33,493 nucleotides of DNA from an uncultured Paracoccus sp. (GCA_937859005.1 CALLYR010000606.1:1-33493); one strand, 5' to 3'; shown: positions 19,071-27,658, counted from the first letter of the stretch. Program-made: numbers and translations. Notes: a model not told the origin generated them from the sequence alone.

Positions 19071-20213
19071 ATGCCCATTTCCGATCTTGACGCAGCCTTC
19101 GGCACGATGCGCGCCTATTTCGAGGATATCGAGACGCGCCTGGCGGCCGTTGAAGGCCGCCCTGCGCCCGAGCCCCAACCGGAACCCGAGCCTGAGCCGG
19201 AACCCGAGCCGGAGCCGCCTGCGCCGGAAGAACCGCCGGTCGCGCCGGACCTGAACCGCCCGGCCATCGGCTTTGCAATCCCCGACGGCGAAATGCTGAC
19301 CAACACCGCGTCCAAGCTGGATCGCATTGTCGCATCCGGCGCGCGGATGATCCGGCTGGACATTCGCTGGTCCCGCGTTCAGCGCACGGCGGACGGCGGT
19401 TTCGACTGGTCCTATTATGACGGCCTGATCAGCGCGATCCGGGCGCGTGACATCCATGTGCTGGGCATCCTGGGCGGAGCGCCCGCATGGCGCAACAGCG
19501 CGGCCATGACGGACACCGGCGACGTGGCCCGCTTCGCGCGGTACTGTGCGGCAGCGGCGGCCCATTTCACGGACCGGATCGAGCACTGGCAAATCTGGAA
19601 CGAACCCAACCTCGACCAGATGATGGCGGAACGGTACGCACCCCTGATCAAGGCGGCCTATCCCGCGATCAAGGCTGCCAATCCGGCGGCGTTCGTCGTG
19701 GGCGCGGGGCTGTCGGCAGTGCCCTCGACCGAAGGGATGAAGATCAGCGTGCGCGACTGGCTGACCCGATGCTACCAGTTGGGGGTGCGCGGGTATTACG
19801 ACGCGCTGGCGATCCATCCCTACACCTATCGCTGGGACTTGCTGGAGCCGGTGGACTGGACCGGATGGGGGCAGATGGTCCGCGTCATGCGGCCGCTGAT
19901 GGTGGCGAATGGCGACGGCGACAAGCGCATCTGGATCACCGAGTTCGGTTATCCGACGGCGGGCGGGACCAAGCTGGACGAAGCCGGGCAAAACCTCGCG
20001 GCCGGGCAGCTTGCGACCGAGATGCCCAAGTACCCGTGGCTGGGGCCTTGCTTCTGGTACGGACTGGATGACCGTCCGATCGCCGTGACCGCCACGACGG
20101 ACCCGTATGTTCTCAGGGAGGCGCGGTTCGGGCTCTATCGGCCGGACGGGGGAGGCAAGCCTGCGCTGTCGACCCTGCGCGCCAGCATTGCGGCAGTTGC
20201 GGCGCTGCGCTGA
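19071..20213 (+). CDS. Clan GH-A glycoside hydrolase (GH39/GH5-like) with N-terminal helix and Pro-Glu linker
   Basis: IRLDIRWSRVQ, FDWSYYD, WQIWNEPN (acid/base), DALAIHPY, IWITEFGY (nucleophile), FGLY...KPA; GGAGG RBS before ATG 19071. Confidence 0.85.
   Translation: MPISDLDAAFGTMRAYFEDIETRLAAVEGRPAPEPQPEPEPEPEPEPEPPAPEEPPVAPDLNRPAIGFAIPDGEMLTNTASKLDRIVASGARMIRLDIRWSRVQRTADGGFDWSYYDGLISAIRARDIHVLGILGGAPAWRNSAAMTDTGDVARFARYCAAAAAHFTDRIEHWQIWNEPNLDQMMAERYAPLIKAAYPAIKAANPAAFVVGAGLSAVPSTEGMKISVRDWLTRCYQLGVRGYYDALAIHPYTYRWDLLEPVDWTGWGQMVRVMRPLMVANGDGDKRIWITEFGYPTAGGTKLDEAGQNLAAGQLATEMPKYPWLGPCFWYGLDDRPIAVTATTDPYVLREARFGLYRPDGGGKPALSTLRASIAAVAALR
19167..19217 (+). repeat. Degenerate 6-bp coding repeat encoding (PE)n linker
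   Basis: CCC GAG CCC CAA CCG GAA CCC GAG CCT GAG CCG GAA CCC GAG CCG GAG CCG. Confidence 0.85.
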
Positions 20214-20278
20214 TCCGGGCGCGGCGGGCAACACCGGTTTGGAGGCGCAAGCGATGGCACTGATCGAATGGGGGTCAC

Positions 20279-20560
20279 ATGGAGACGTGGGTCCAGAGCA
20301 TCGGAGTGGCGCCCATCGCCACCGCATTCTTCGTGCTGTGCGGCGTCATCGTGCTGATGGCGCGGCACATCGTGCGCCAGCAGGATGCGCGGATCGAGGA
20401 TCAGAAAACCTGCCTGAAAGAGGTCCGGGAACTGACTGTGGCGACGAACGCGGCCCTGTCCAGCGCCAGCCAGGGCATGACGGCAGCGGCAGCGGGCATG
20501 AACGGCGCGCGCGAGGCGATGCAGGTCGCGACTGCCGTGATGGAAAGGTCGGGTCGATGA
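20279..20560 (+). CDS. Small single-TM protein, holin/antiholin candidate
   Basis: One hydrophobic segment (IATAFFVLCGVIVLMA) then a helical tail; upstream of endolysin. Confidence 0.55.
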   Translation: METWVQSIGVAPIATAFFVLCGVIVLMARHIVRQQDARIEDQKTCLKEVRELTVATNAALSSASQGMTAAAAGMNGAREAMQVATAVMERSGR

Positions 20561-20781
20561 TGCGCCTCATTCGAACGCTCATGGGCAAGTCCCATCGCGA
20601 AGCCGCAGCCGCCGAGGAACTGGAGCAGCACCGGGCCGAACACGCGGTCGCGATGGAGGCGGTCGCCATGAAGGTGGCCGCGATGGAAATCGGCGCCGAG
20701 CGCATGGTGCGGGAGTGCCGCAAAACCGAAGAGGCCGCGGCGGAATTGCTGGCCCGGCTGCGAGAGGATTTCCCAAAATGA
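20557..20781 (+). CDS. Hypothetical coiled-coil protein (74 aa)
   Basis: ATGA overlaps at both ends; MMRLIRTLMGKSHREAAAAEELEQHRAE... Confidence 0.65.
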   Translation: MMRLIRTLMGKSHREAAAAEELEQHRAEHAVAMEAVAMKVAAMEIGAERMVRECRKTEEAAAELLARLREDFPK

Positions 20782-21176
20782 TCTGGATCAACGCCATTTT
20801 GTCCACGCTGCTTGTGTTCGGGCTGATTGCCGCCGCGCTGGGCTACCGCCATTCCGTGATCCGCCGCGAATATTCGCCGGAGTGGTATTTTTCGTTGTCC
20901 AAGATCCTGATCGCGGTCGCGTTCGGGATGCGCCTGCTGTTCTGGGACGCGTTCTGGGGGCCGCTGCGGCTGTCCGATCCTGCCGCTGCGCTGGCGCTGT
21001 CCGACGCCGTGGGCGGGGTCAGCGGCAACGTCCTGTCCAGCATCGTCGGGCTGGCAGGGGTCTATGCGAGTCTGAAAGCCCGGCAACTGCTGCTGCGCGA
21101 GGAGGAGCAGAAGCACTGGCCGTGGATCATCGCCTGGGCCCATCCGCGCTTTCTCGGCTTCCCGCGCCGGCGCTGA
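20778..21176 (+). CDS. Membrane protein with about 3 TM segments and basic C-terminus, holin candidate (132 aa)
   Basis: Three hydrophobic stretches, ends GFPRRR; directly before endolysin. Confidence 0.6.
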   Translation: MIWINAILSTLLVFGLIAAALGYRHSVIRREYSPEWYFSLSKILIAVAFGMRLLFWDAFWGPLRLSDPAAALALSDAVGGVSGNVLSSIVGLAGVYASLKARQLLLREEEQKHWPWIIAWAHPRFLGFPRRR

Positions 21177-21196
21177 CCTGACTCCGCCGCCACACT

Positions 21197-21239
21197 GAAA
21201 CCCCGCCCCGTCGCATCCCGCGCCGGGGCTTTCTCATTT
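21197..21239 (+). terminator. Imperfect hairpin with T-rich tail before endolysin
   Basis: GAAACCCCG ... CGGGGCTTTCTCATTT. Confidence 0.35.
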
Positions 21240-21251
21240 GCGAGGATCGCC

Positions 21252-21842
21252 ATGGAGCGGATCATCATCCACTGGAGCGCCGGGACGCACACCGTCAGCG
21301 CGCTCGACAGGCAGCACTATCACTACATCATCGACGATGACGGCGATGTCCACGCCGGGGACCACCCGGTTTCGGCCAACCGCGGTCCGCTGGTCAGCGG
21401 CCGCTATGCCGCGCACACCCTCAACTGCAACACCGGCAGCATCGGAGTCGCGCTGGCGGCCATGGCGGGGGCCGTGGAGCGGCCGTTCAGCGCCGGGCGG
21501 TATCCGATCACCCCCGCGCAGGTGGACGCGCTGGTGGCACTGTGTGCGGACCTGTGCCGCACCTATGACATTCCCGTCTCGCGGCGCACGGTCCTGACTC
21601 ATGCCGAGGTACAGCCGACGCTGGGCATCACCCAGCGCGGCAAATGGGACATCACGTGGCTGCCCGGCATGGCCGGGCCCGGTGCGCCCGTGGCGGTCGG
21701 CGACATGATCCGCGCCCGCATCCTGGCCGAATTGGCGCCCGTCTCGCCGGTGCCGAACGTGGCCGAACCTCTCACCCTCGAATCCCTCGCGGCACAGGTA
21801 GACGCACTCGCCGCGGATGTTGCCCTCCTGAAAGGAGCATGA
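21252..21842 (+). CDS. Endolysin, N-acetylmuramoyl-L-alanine amidase (Amidase_2-like)
   Basis: RIIIHWSAG, HYHYIID, AAHTLNCNTGSIGV, TPAQVDAL, VLTHAEV, GKWDI. Confidence 0.88.
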   Translation: MERIIIHWSAGTHTVSALDRQHYHYIIDDDGDVHAGDHPVSANRGPLVSGRYAAHTLNCNTGSIGVALAAMAGAVERPFSAGRYPITPAQVDALVALCADLCRTYDIPVSRRTVLTHAEVQPTLGITQRGKWDITWLPGMAGPGAPVAVGDMIRARILAELAPVSPVPNVAEPLTLESLAAQVDALAADVALLKGA

Positions 21843-21844
21843 CC

Positions 21845-22300
21845 ATGCAAGACAACCTGATGACGATCCTGACCTTCGCGGCAGGCCTCCTGTCGATCGT
21901 GATCGTCACCTACGGCCAGATCATCGCGGCGCGGGTCCAGCGCTGGTCGGATGCCAAGCTGCAGGAGAACGGCCTGACGCAATCCGCCAAGTGGCAGGCC
22001 GACCTGAAGGCGGGTCTGCTGACCGGGGCCAAGGCCGCGCTGCTGGAGGGCAAGAGCATCCCCGAGGCGATCCGGGCCGCAATCACGCACACGCTGGCCT
22101 CGAACGCCGAGGCGGCCGCGGGGCTGCGGCCGGCGCAGGATGTGCTGGACCGGCTGGCCAAGGCGGCCGTGACGGACGCGGCCACGCAGATGGCGGCGGC
22201 GGCCGCGAACGCGGTCACGGCCGGGCCTGCGGCGGGTCCCGCGCTGGATGCCCTGACCGGCACCCTGCAGCAGGCGCTGAACGGGCGGATGCCGCGATGA
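21845..22300 (+). CDS. N-terminally anchored membrane protein, holin-like candidate (alternative start 21839)
   Basis: AAAGGAG RBS; one TM (ILTFAAGLLSIVIVTYG) then Ala-rich helices; follows endolysin. Confidence 0.55.
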   Translation: MQDNLMTILTFAAGLLSIVIVTYGQIIAARVQRWSDAKLQENGLTQSAKWQADLKAGLLTGAKAALLEGKSIPEAIRAAITHTLASNAEAAAGLRPAQDVLDRLAKAAVTDAATQMAAAAANAVTAGPAAGPALDALTGTLQQALNGRMPR

Positions 22301-22380
22301 CCCCGCTAGTGATCCTGCTGGCGTGGTGGGCGGCCTGGCTGCGCGCGGGGTCAGCCTGGGGGCTGTGGTATCCGGTATGA
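22297..22380 (+). CDS. 27-aa Trp-rich hydrophobic peptide (MTPLVILLAWWAAWLRAGSAWGLWYPV)
   Basis: Fills the gap exactly, with ATGA overlaps at 22297-22300 and 22377-22380. Confidence 0.55.
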   Translation: MTPLVILLAWWAAWLRAGSAWGLWYPV

Positions 22381-22739
22381 CCGTCTATCGGATCGGAACG
22401 GCCACGGTCTATCAGACGGACGGCCACACGCGCACGGTCCTGGGCGATGGCCGCGAGGTCTGGGCCGCTCACGCCGCGCAACCGGGGCAGGAGGCGACGG
22501 CTGATCAATACGGGCTGACGGCCGAGGCGATGAACCGCCACCACGATCTGGCGCATACGATCCTCGCAGCCGTGCTGGGCTTGCGCGCCTCGCCCACGCT
22601 GGCGGCGGTGGCGCGCGGTGACCGCTGGTCGGAGTGGTGGCGCGAGGAGCAGGCGGTGTTGGCGCTGCAGGGCTATGCCGCGGCGGCGGGCGTGGATCTG
22701 GAACAGGTCGCGGCCCGACTATCCCGTCCGCCCGAATAA
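22377..22739 (+). CDS. Hypothetical protein (120 aa) with HHDLAH...EE motif
   Basis: ATGA-coupled start; typical codon usage. Confidence 0.7.
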   Translation: MTVYRIGTATVYQTDGHTRTVLGDGREVWAAHAAQPGQEATADQYGLTAEAMNRHHDLAHTILAAVLGLRASPTLAAVARGDRWSEWWREEQAVLALQGYAAAAGVDLEQVAARLSRPPE

Positions 22740-22821
22740 CGGCACCGGCACGATCCGGTGCCGGCCAAATCAGGAAGCACACGCGCGCCGCCGGTTCCTG
22801 CCGGGCGGCGCGCTTTGTTTT
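22740..22821 (+). terminator. Tandem hairpins; second is an intrinsic terminator-like structure
   Basis: CGGCACCGG/CCGGTGCCG (22740-22763), then GCGCGCCGCC/GGCGGCGCGC (22783-22813) + TTTGTTTT. Confidence 0.65.
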
Positions 22822-22835
22822 AGGAGACCTCTGCC

Positions 22836-24965
22836 GTGGCTCTGGACCCGAACAAACTGCGCGCTGCCGGGCTGCCGCAGGACATCGTCAACCTTCTCCT
22901 CTCGCTGCAGCGGCAGGTGACCGATGCCGGCCGCCTGGTGCGGCCCTATGTGGACAACGCGGTCGTCGTCGCGACCCGCAACGCGAACGCGGCTGCTGCG
23001 GCGGCCGATCAGTATCGCCGGGTTGCCGTGCAGGCATGGGACGGGGCGGTTCGCGCCAGCGAGCAGGCGGAGGCTGCGGCTGATCGAGCGCAGCGTATTC
23101 CAGAGCAATCGGTTCTGGATGTCGTGGAAGCGATTGGCATCCGCAAGAACAACTTCGATGCCACGCGCGCCCCGCTGCCCACCGACGACGCAACGCAGGG
23201 CTATGCGCCCGGCTCGCGCTGGCTGTGGCAGGAACAGGGGCAGGAGTGGGCGCTGTCAGATGCGACACCCGACGCGGCGCGTTGGCTGCTCAAGAGCGAG
23301 GTCACGCCACAAGTGTTCGGAGCGGCGGGCACGGGTGCCGTGGACGATACCGCCCCTCTGCGGACCACCCTGCAACGGGCAGTGACGCCGCGCCGGGCCA
23401 ATCTGGGGCCTGGCACCTATCGCGTCCATCGGGCCGATCCGACCGGCGGCAGCGGGACGACCCCGCAGGATTGGGCGCTGAACCCGGATCAGCCGGAATG
23501 GATCGTCGGCAACGGCATCGATACGGTGCTGCGCTCGCAGGTGCCGAACAACAACGTCATCGCGCGGGTTGGCCTGTTGCCCATCGGGGACCGCGAACCC
23601 GACATCATCGGCGGCGGTATTGAGGGTGTGACCTTCGACGGCGCGTTCAACGCGGCAGACCCTGCGGCGCGGGTGGGCTGGAGCGATACCGGCACCATGA
23701 CCCTGTGGGCATCGGGGGTGCAGGACTGGACGCTTCGCAACGTCAAGTCGATCAACAGCAGCGACTATGGCATCGGCCTGCAAAACGGCAGGCATCGCCG
23801 GATGCGCATCCGCGACGTGGTGATCGACAACACCATGAACGACGCCATCGACCTGAAGAACAACTATGGTCGCGGTCGCGACAACAGCATGATGGGCGTC
23901 TGGGCCAGCCGGTTCGGGCAGGCCAACGATCTGCAATTCCCGTTCGCCGGGATCGACCTGATGGCTCCGCGCTGGATCATGTCGCACATCTGGGCAACCG
24001 AGTGGGGGCAGGCCGGGGACTGTCAGGCGGGCATCCGCTTCAAGCAGGGCGAAGCGGGCGAAAGCCGAGATATGGGAGCCTACAAGGCCATCCTCTACGG
24101 TTTCCACGTCGAGACGCTTGCGGGTGGCTATCTCAACACCGTGGGCGTGGACTCGCGCCACCGCCGCAACATCGTAGCGCTGGGGACCATCGAAGGCACC
24201 TATCATGCAGGGGTGGACTTCTTGCAGGAACGCGGCTTGGCCCTCGGCCTCGATATCCAAGGTCGCGACAAGACGGCAGGTGCGGGCATCTGGGCCAAAC
24301 CCAGCAGCGAGGCGACACAGGGCGATTACCTGCTGTCTGCAGCCTCGCGCGTCTGGGGCTATGCCGCTGGCCTGCGTCTGGATCGCAATGGTGGCATCCA
24401 CATCGGACATCACCTGAAAGGCAACAGCCGGGCCGTCACAGCGGCGGGCGACGACAACGTGGTACTGGCATGGTCAGAGGATAACGGCACCCTCGCGACG
24501 GTCACCGACACGAGACAGCGCAACTGGATCGGTCTGTGGGAAGCCGGGAAACTGAACGTCTATCGGCAGGGCAAGGTCCGGTATTCCTTCGGGGACGTGA
24601 TCGAAAGCACAGCCGACCTGTCCACGCTGATCGGGCGCATGCAGACTACGGGCGGCGGCGGGTGGCTGGAAACCACTGCCCCGAGTGCCAGCACGGGCTA
24701 CTGGACGTACAACACAAACGGCGCGTTCGCGTGGCAGCGGAACGGAGCCAACCTGCTGCGGATCGACGGCAATCAGGTGCAGGCGGAAATACCGCTGCGG
24801 ATCAAGAAATACTCGGTCAACAGCCTGCCTGCTGCGGGCACGGTTGCAGACGGCGCCGTTATCTATTGCACTAACGGCGATGCCGGGCAGCCGTGCCTCG
24901 CAGTCTATGACGGCACCAACTGGCGGCGCGTGCCGCTCGGTGCTGCGGTATCGGCGACAAGCTGA
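22836..24965 (+). CDS. Tailspike-like protein 1, pectate-lyase-3-type right-handed beta-helix (709 aa)
   Basis: AGGAG RBS + GTG; helical N-terminus; VTPQVFGAAGTGAVDDTAPL...LGPGTYRV; IEGVTFDG; beta-helix rungs; C-terminal GAVIYCTNG...AVYDGTNWRRV. Confidence 0.8.
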   Translation: MALDPNKLRAAGLPQDIVNLLLSLQRQVTDAGRLVRPYVDNAVVVATRNANAAAAAADQYRRVAVQAWDGAVRASEQAEAAADRAQRIPEQSVLDVVEAIGIRKNNFDATRAPLPTDDATQGYAPGSRWLWQEQGQEWALSDATPDAARWLLKSEVTPQVFGAAGTGAVDDTAPLRTTLQRAVTPRRANLGPGTYRVHRADPTGGSGTTPQDWALNPDQPEWIVGNGIDTVLRSQVPNNNVIARVGLLPIGDREPDIIGGGIEGVTFDGAFNAADPAARVGWSDTGTMTLWASGVQDWTLRNVKSINSSDYGIGLQNGRHRRMRIRDVVIDNTMNDAIDLKNNYGRGRDNSMMGVWASRFGQANDLQFPFAGIDLMAPRWIMSHIWATEWGQAGDCQAGIRFKQGEAGESRDMGAYKAILYGFHVETLAGGYLNTVGVDSRHRRNIVALGTIEGTYHAGVDFLQERGLALGLDIQGRDKTAGAGIWAKPSSEATQGDYLLSAASRVWGYAAGLRLDRNGGIHIGHHLKGNSRAVTAAGDDNVVLAWSEDNGTLATVTDTRQRNWIGLWEAGKLNVYRQGKVRYSFGDVIESTADLSTLIGRMQTTGGGGWLETTAPSASTGYWTYNTNGAFAWQRNGANLLRIDGNQVQAEIPLRIKKYSVNSLPAAGTVADGAVIYCTNGDAGQPCLAVYDGTNWRRVPLGAAVSATS

Positions 24966-24969
24966 ACCA

Positions 24970-24993
24970 TGATGGCCGCTCAGGCGGCCATCA
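24970..24993. terminator. Perfect hairpin at the convergent junction of tailspike 1 and the moron
   Basis: TGATGGCCGC-TCAG-GCGGCCATCA, 10-bp stem; loop holds the minus-strand stop. No U-tract. Confidence 0.5.
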
Positions 24994-26782
24994 CCTTGTC
25001 GCGGGCTGGCCGACGCTTGCCGGTCAAGGTGTGTGCGATCGAAAGGGCCGAATACACGCCCTTCGCGTTCACTGTGACCTTCATCAGTTCGGGATCATGG
25101 GCGCATTTGATCGTGCGCTCCACGTCGATGATCTGATCCAGCGCGGTCTTGCTTGCCGCATCTCGCAGGAAGGCGCCGATGGCGGCTGTCTGATCGGCAA
25201 TGAAGCCGAACTGTGCGGGCGCCACGGATTGCGAGGTGGGGGCTTGGCTAGTCTTGAACGACTCGGTTGGAAGGTCGGGTCCGCGCTTGAGAACCTCGGC
25301 CGACCAGAGCTGCTTCATGAAAGGGATCTTCACGAGCTCGGGGGCGGTGCGGCGCATGACTTCGTAAATCAGCACCTCAGAGACACGCGCGTGCCGCCCG
25401 AGGCGGAAGAACAGCTTGGCGGCCCGGCGCGACAGCAGGGGCGCCAGCTTGATGCGACCAGGAACGTTCTGCATCAGCGGGCCGCTCGAATAGCCGAGAC
25501 GATTGTTGACGTAGAATTTCTCGGGCAGAACCGAAATGTGGCTGGGATCGGTCTCGACCCAATTGTTGGTCCACTCATGCTGATAGGAGGCATATGACCC
25601 CCGGAGGATCTTCAGCGGGTCGAAGGGTTGATGATAGTTCCGCCATGCGAGTTTGGCGCCCTCGATGCTCAGAGGAGGATTCTTCACGAACTGCTTGGCG
25701 TGACTGCCGCGGTAAAGCTCGCCGCCAAAGCCGGTGAATTCGAGCTTTGTCCCTTGGATGTCGAAAGATCGTCCGTCCCAAGGGCAGATGATACCGTCAA
25801 ATCGTCCATTCTGGGCAACAAGCATGTCCCAAGTGCGGACATAGTCAGGCTTGGCGGCCTGCCCAGGCGCGGAAACCCGATGCTCGATGCCCATCTGGCT
25901 GGCGATATATGCTGCCGTTTCGACGTCTGGGTTGTCCGAGTGGCCGTTCGTGAAGACCTCGATCTCGTTGCGCTTGCGCACCGCGCAGGTCAGGGCGAGG
26001 ACGAGCCGGCTGTCTTTGCCACCTGTGAGGGCCACTCGGGCCTGGGGGAAATACGAGAGACAGGACCGTGTGTTCTCGACCAGCTCGTGCGTGATCTCGT
26101 CCCACTCGGCGGCGGTCAGGTCAGCGACCAGATCCGCGCCTCGATCCGGCCAGATCCTCGGGAGCGCGAGTTTTTCGGCGCGCTGTCCGTTGCGGGCACG
26201 GATCAGGCTCTCGGGGACGATCTGGTCAACGCCGCGGATCGGCGTGGCCGGACCGAAGATGTTCGCATGTCCGACCAGCCACGACAGGGCATTGGTGTCG
26301 ATCCGCGCTGTTGGCAGACCGAGAGCGACAATCGACGGTTTGTTGCCGACGATGGTCAGGCCGTCAGAACTGGCGGTATACGCAGGGGTAACCCCGCTGA
26401 AATCCGAGAAGCCGAACAGGCCGTGCCGCCGGATATACCCGCCGATCGCATAGCTGCCGGTCATGCGCTCATAGACGTGCTCGATCGGCTCTTTCTCAAG
26501 GGCCTCGGCAACCGCCTGAATGGCCGCGTCACCGCGATGCCCGTCGAAGTCCAGGAGGGCACCGTTGATGACGATGCAGCCCGTCTTCACCATCACGAGG
26601 CGCTTCTTCGCGATCGGGTCGGGGGCTGCATAGGCAACGACAGCCCAGCGGCTGTCATTGGGCTTGTGAAATGAAAGTCTGCCGTCGATGAACGGTACCT
26701 CATCCACAATGCCGGCCTTGGTTCTGTCAAACGCGGCTACCACGGCATCGGGTTCACCGCTTATCATACTGAAGAAGATCAA
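24980..26782 (-). CDS. Asparagine-synthetase-related ATP-dependent amide ligase (Ntn-like N-domain lacking Cys1)
   Basis: PP-loop LTGGKDSRLVLA, TGFGGELYRG, INGALL, MTGSYAI, SDFSGVTPAY; TTG start after AGAGG; lower GC than structural genes. Confidence 0.75.
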   Translation of the reverse strand: MIFFSMISGEPDAVVAAFDRTKAGIVDEVPFIDGRLSFHKPNDSRWAVVAYAAPDPIAKKRLVMVKTGCIVINGALLDFDGHRGDAAIQAVAEALEKEPIEHVYERMTGSYAIGGYIRRHGLFGFSDFSGVTPAYTASSDGLTIVGNKPSIVALGLPTARIDTNALSWLVGHANIFGPATPIRGVDQIVPESLIRARNGQRAEKLALPRIWPDRGADLVADLTAAEWDEITHELVENTRSCLSYFPQARVALTGGKDSRLVLALTCAVRKRNEIEVFTNGHSDNPDVETAAYIASQMGIEHRVSAPGQAAKPDYVRTWDMLVAQNGRFDGIICPWDGRSFDIQGTKLEFTGFGGELYRGSHAKQFVKNPPLSIEGAKLAWRNYHQPFDPLKILRGSYASYQHEWTNNWVETDPSHISVLPEKFYVNNRLGYSSGPLMQNVPGRIKLAPLLSRRAAKLFFRLGRHARVSEVLIYEVMRRTAPELVKIPFMKQLWSAEVLKRGPDLPTESFKTSQAPTSQSVAPAQFGFIADQTAAIGAFLRDAASKTALDQIIDVERTIKCAHDPELMKVTVNAKGVYSALSIAHTLTGKRRPARDKVMAA

Positions 26783-26801
26783 GGGATTGCCTCTGTTACG
26801 T

Positions 26802-27551
26802 CTATGTCTGAGTGGGGAAGTTGTCGGTCGTCACGATCTCTGGCCTGAATGGTTTTATATGACTTGAACCAATCCGATCCTCGAGTGCCGAGAGAGCGCC
26901 CTCAATATCTGAAAATTGAATATCGCTCATGTCCCAGGGAGCATAGCTCCACCACTCAATTCTCAGCAATCGTTCGATTGTCTCTTGATTGAAGCGGTAT
27001 CGAATAATTCTCGCTGGATTTCCTCCTACAATCGCGTATGAGGGAACATCCTTTGTCACAACTGCTCTGCTTGCAATTACAGCGCCCGTGCCAATTGTAG
27101 TTCCCGGTAGAATTAATGCACCGTTTCCAATCCATACGTCGTGGCCGATTATGGTTTGCTTGGTGCGGGTTGACTGTTTTATCTGTGGAACAACTTTATG
27201 ATTTTTATATTTATCGCTGTCAGTGAAGCTGTTGCCCACACGAAATCTAAAGTCGTTCCTGAACTGAAATGGGTGTGTGCTTAGCCAGTCAAGCGGATGG
27301 GCGCCGGGGCCAATCATCACCTCTCGGGCGATAGAGCAGTATCGGCCAATCTCGGCGTCCTGAACCCGACCTGTGACGAAGTATGAAAAAGCACCTATGG
27401 AGACATTGTTGATCAGCTGAGTCTGCATCACCCGGACTGGAGGTTCAAAAGACAGATGCCGTGGAATGGTGTTTTTCTCTGTATAACCATGATCAAATCC
27501 ATGGTCCCGCAGCCATGCGAGTTGCTCCTTGGTCGCTCTCTGATCGCCCAC
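26802..27551 (-). CDS. Hexapeptide-repeat O-acetyltransferase, CatB/Vat (XAT)-related
   Basis: IGRYCSIA, HPLDWLSTHPF, IGHDVWIG, IGTGAVIASRAVVTKDVPSYAIVGGNPARIIRYRF, IEWW; clearly AT-rich. Confidence 0.9.
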   Translation of the reverse strand: MGDQRATKEQLAWLRDHGFDHGYTEKNTIPRHLSFEPPVRVMQTQLINNVSIGAFSYFVTGRVQDAEIGRYCSIAREVMIGPGAHPLDWLSTHPFQFRNDFRFRVGNSFTDSDKYKNHKVVPQIKQSTRTKQTIIGHDVWIGNGALILPGTTIGTGAVIASRAVVTKDVPSYAIVGGNPARIIRYRFNQETIERLLRIEWWSYAPWDMSDIQFSDIEGALSALEDRIGSSHIKPFRPEIVTTDNFPTQT

Positions 27552-27578
27552 TCGTCGCCCCTCAGTTGAGTTGACGAC

Positions 27579-27606
27579 CGCATAGCACAGGGGCGCTACC
27601 GGTCAA
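27579..27606 (-). promoter_or_regulatory. Candidate housekeeping-sigma promoter for the acetyltransferase/ligase operon
   Basis: Minus strand TTGACC-16 nt-TATGCG with TGc directly before the -10, about 27 nt upstream of the GTG start. Confidence 0.5.
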
Positions 27607-27658
27607 CGGCAACGCCCCTCCTTTCCTGCCCCCGGCCGGCCAGACCTGACCTCACTTC

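Noticed and set aside
24980-27551. Lasso peptide or other RiPP cluster (AsnB-like enzyme lacking Cys1)
   Set aside because: No transglutaminase-like B2 peptidase, RRE, transporter or convincing precursor nearby.
26802-27551. Naming the gene catB or vat as an antibiotic-resistance gene
   Set aside because: Fold motifs are shared with sugar O-acetyltransferases; substrate cannot be assigned by eye.
27571-27600. Plus-strand promoter from TTGACG at 27571
   Set aside because: No convincing -10 at 16-18 nt spacing.
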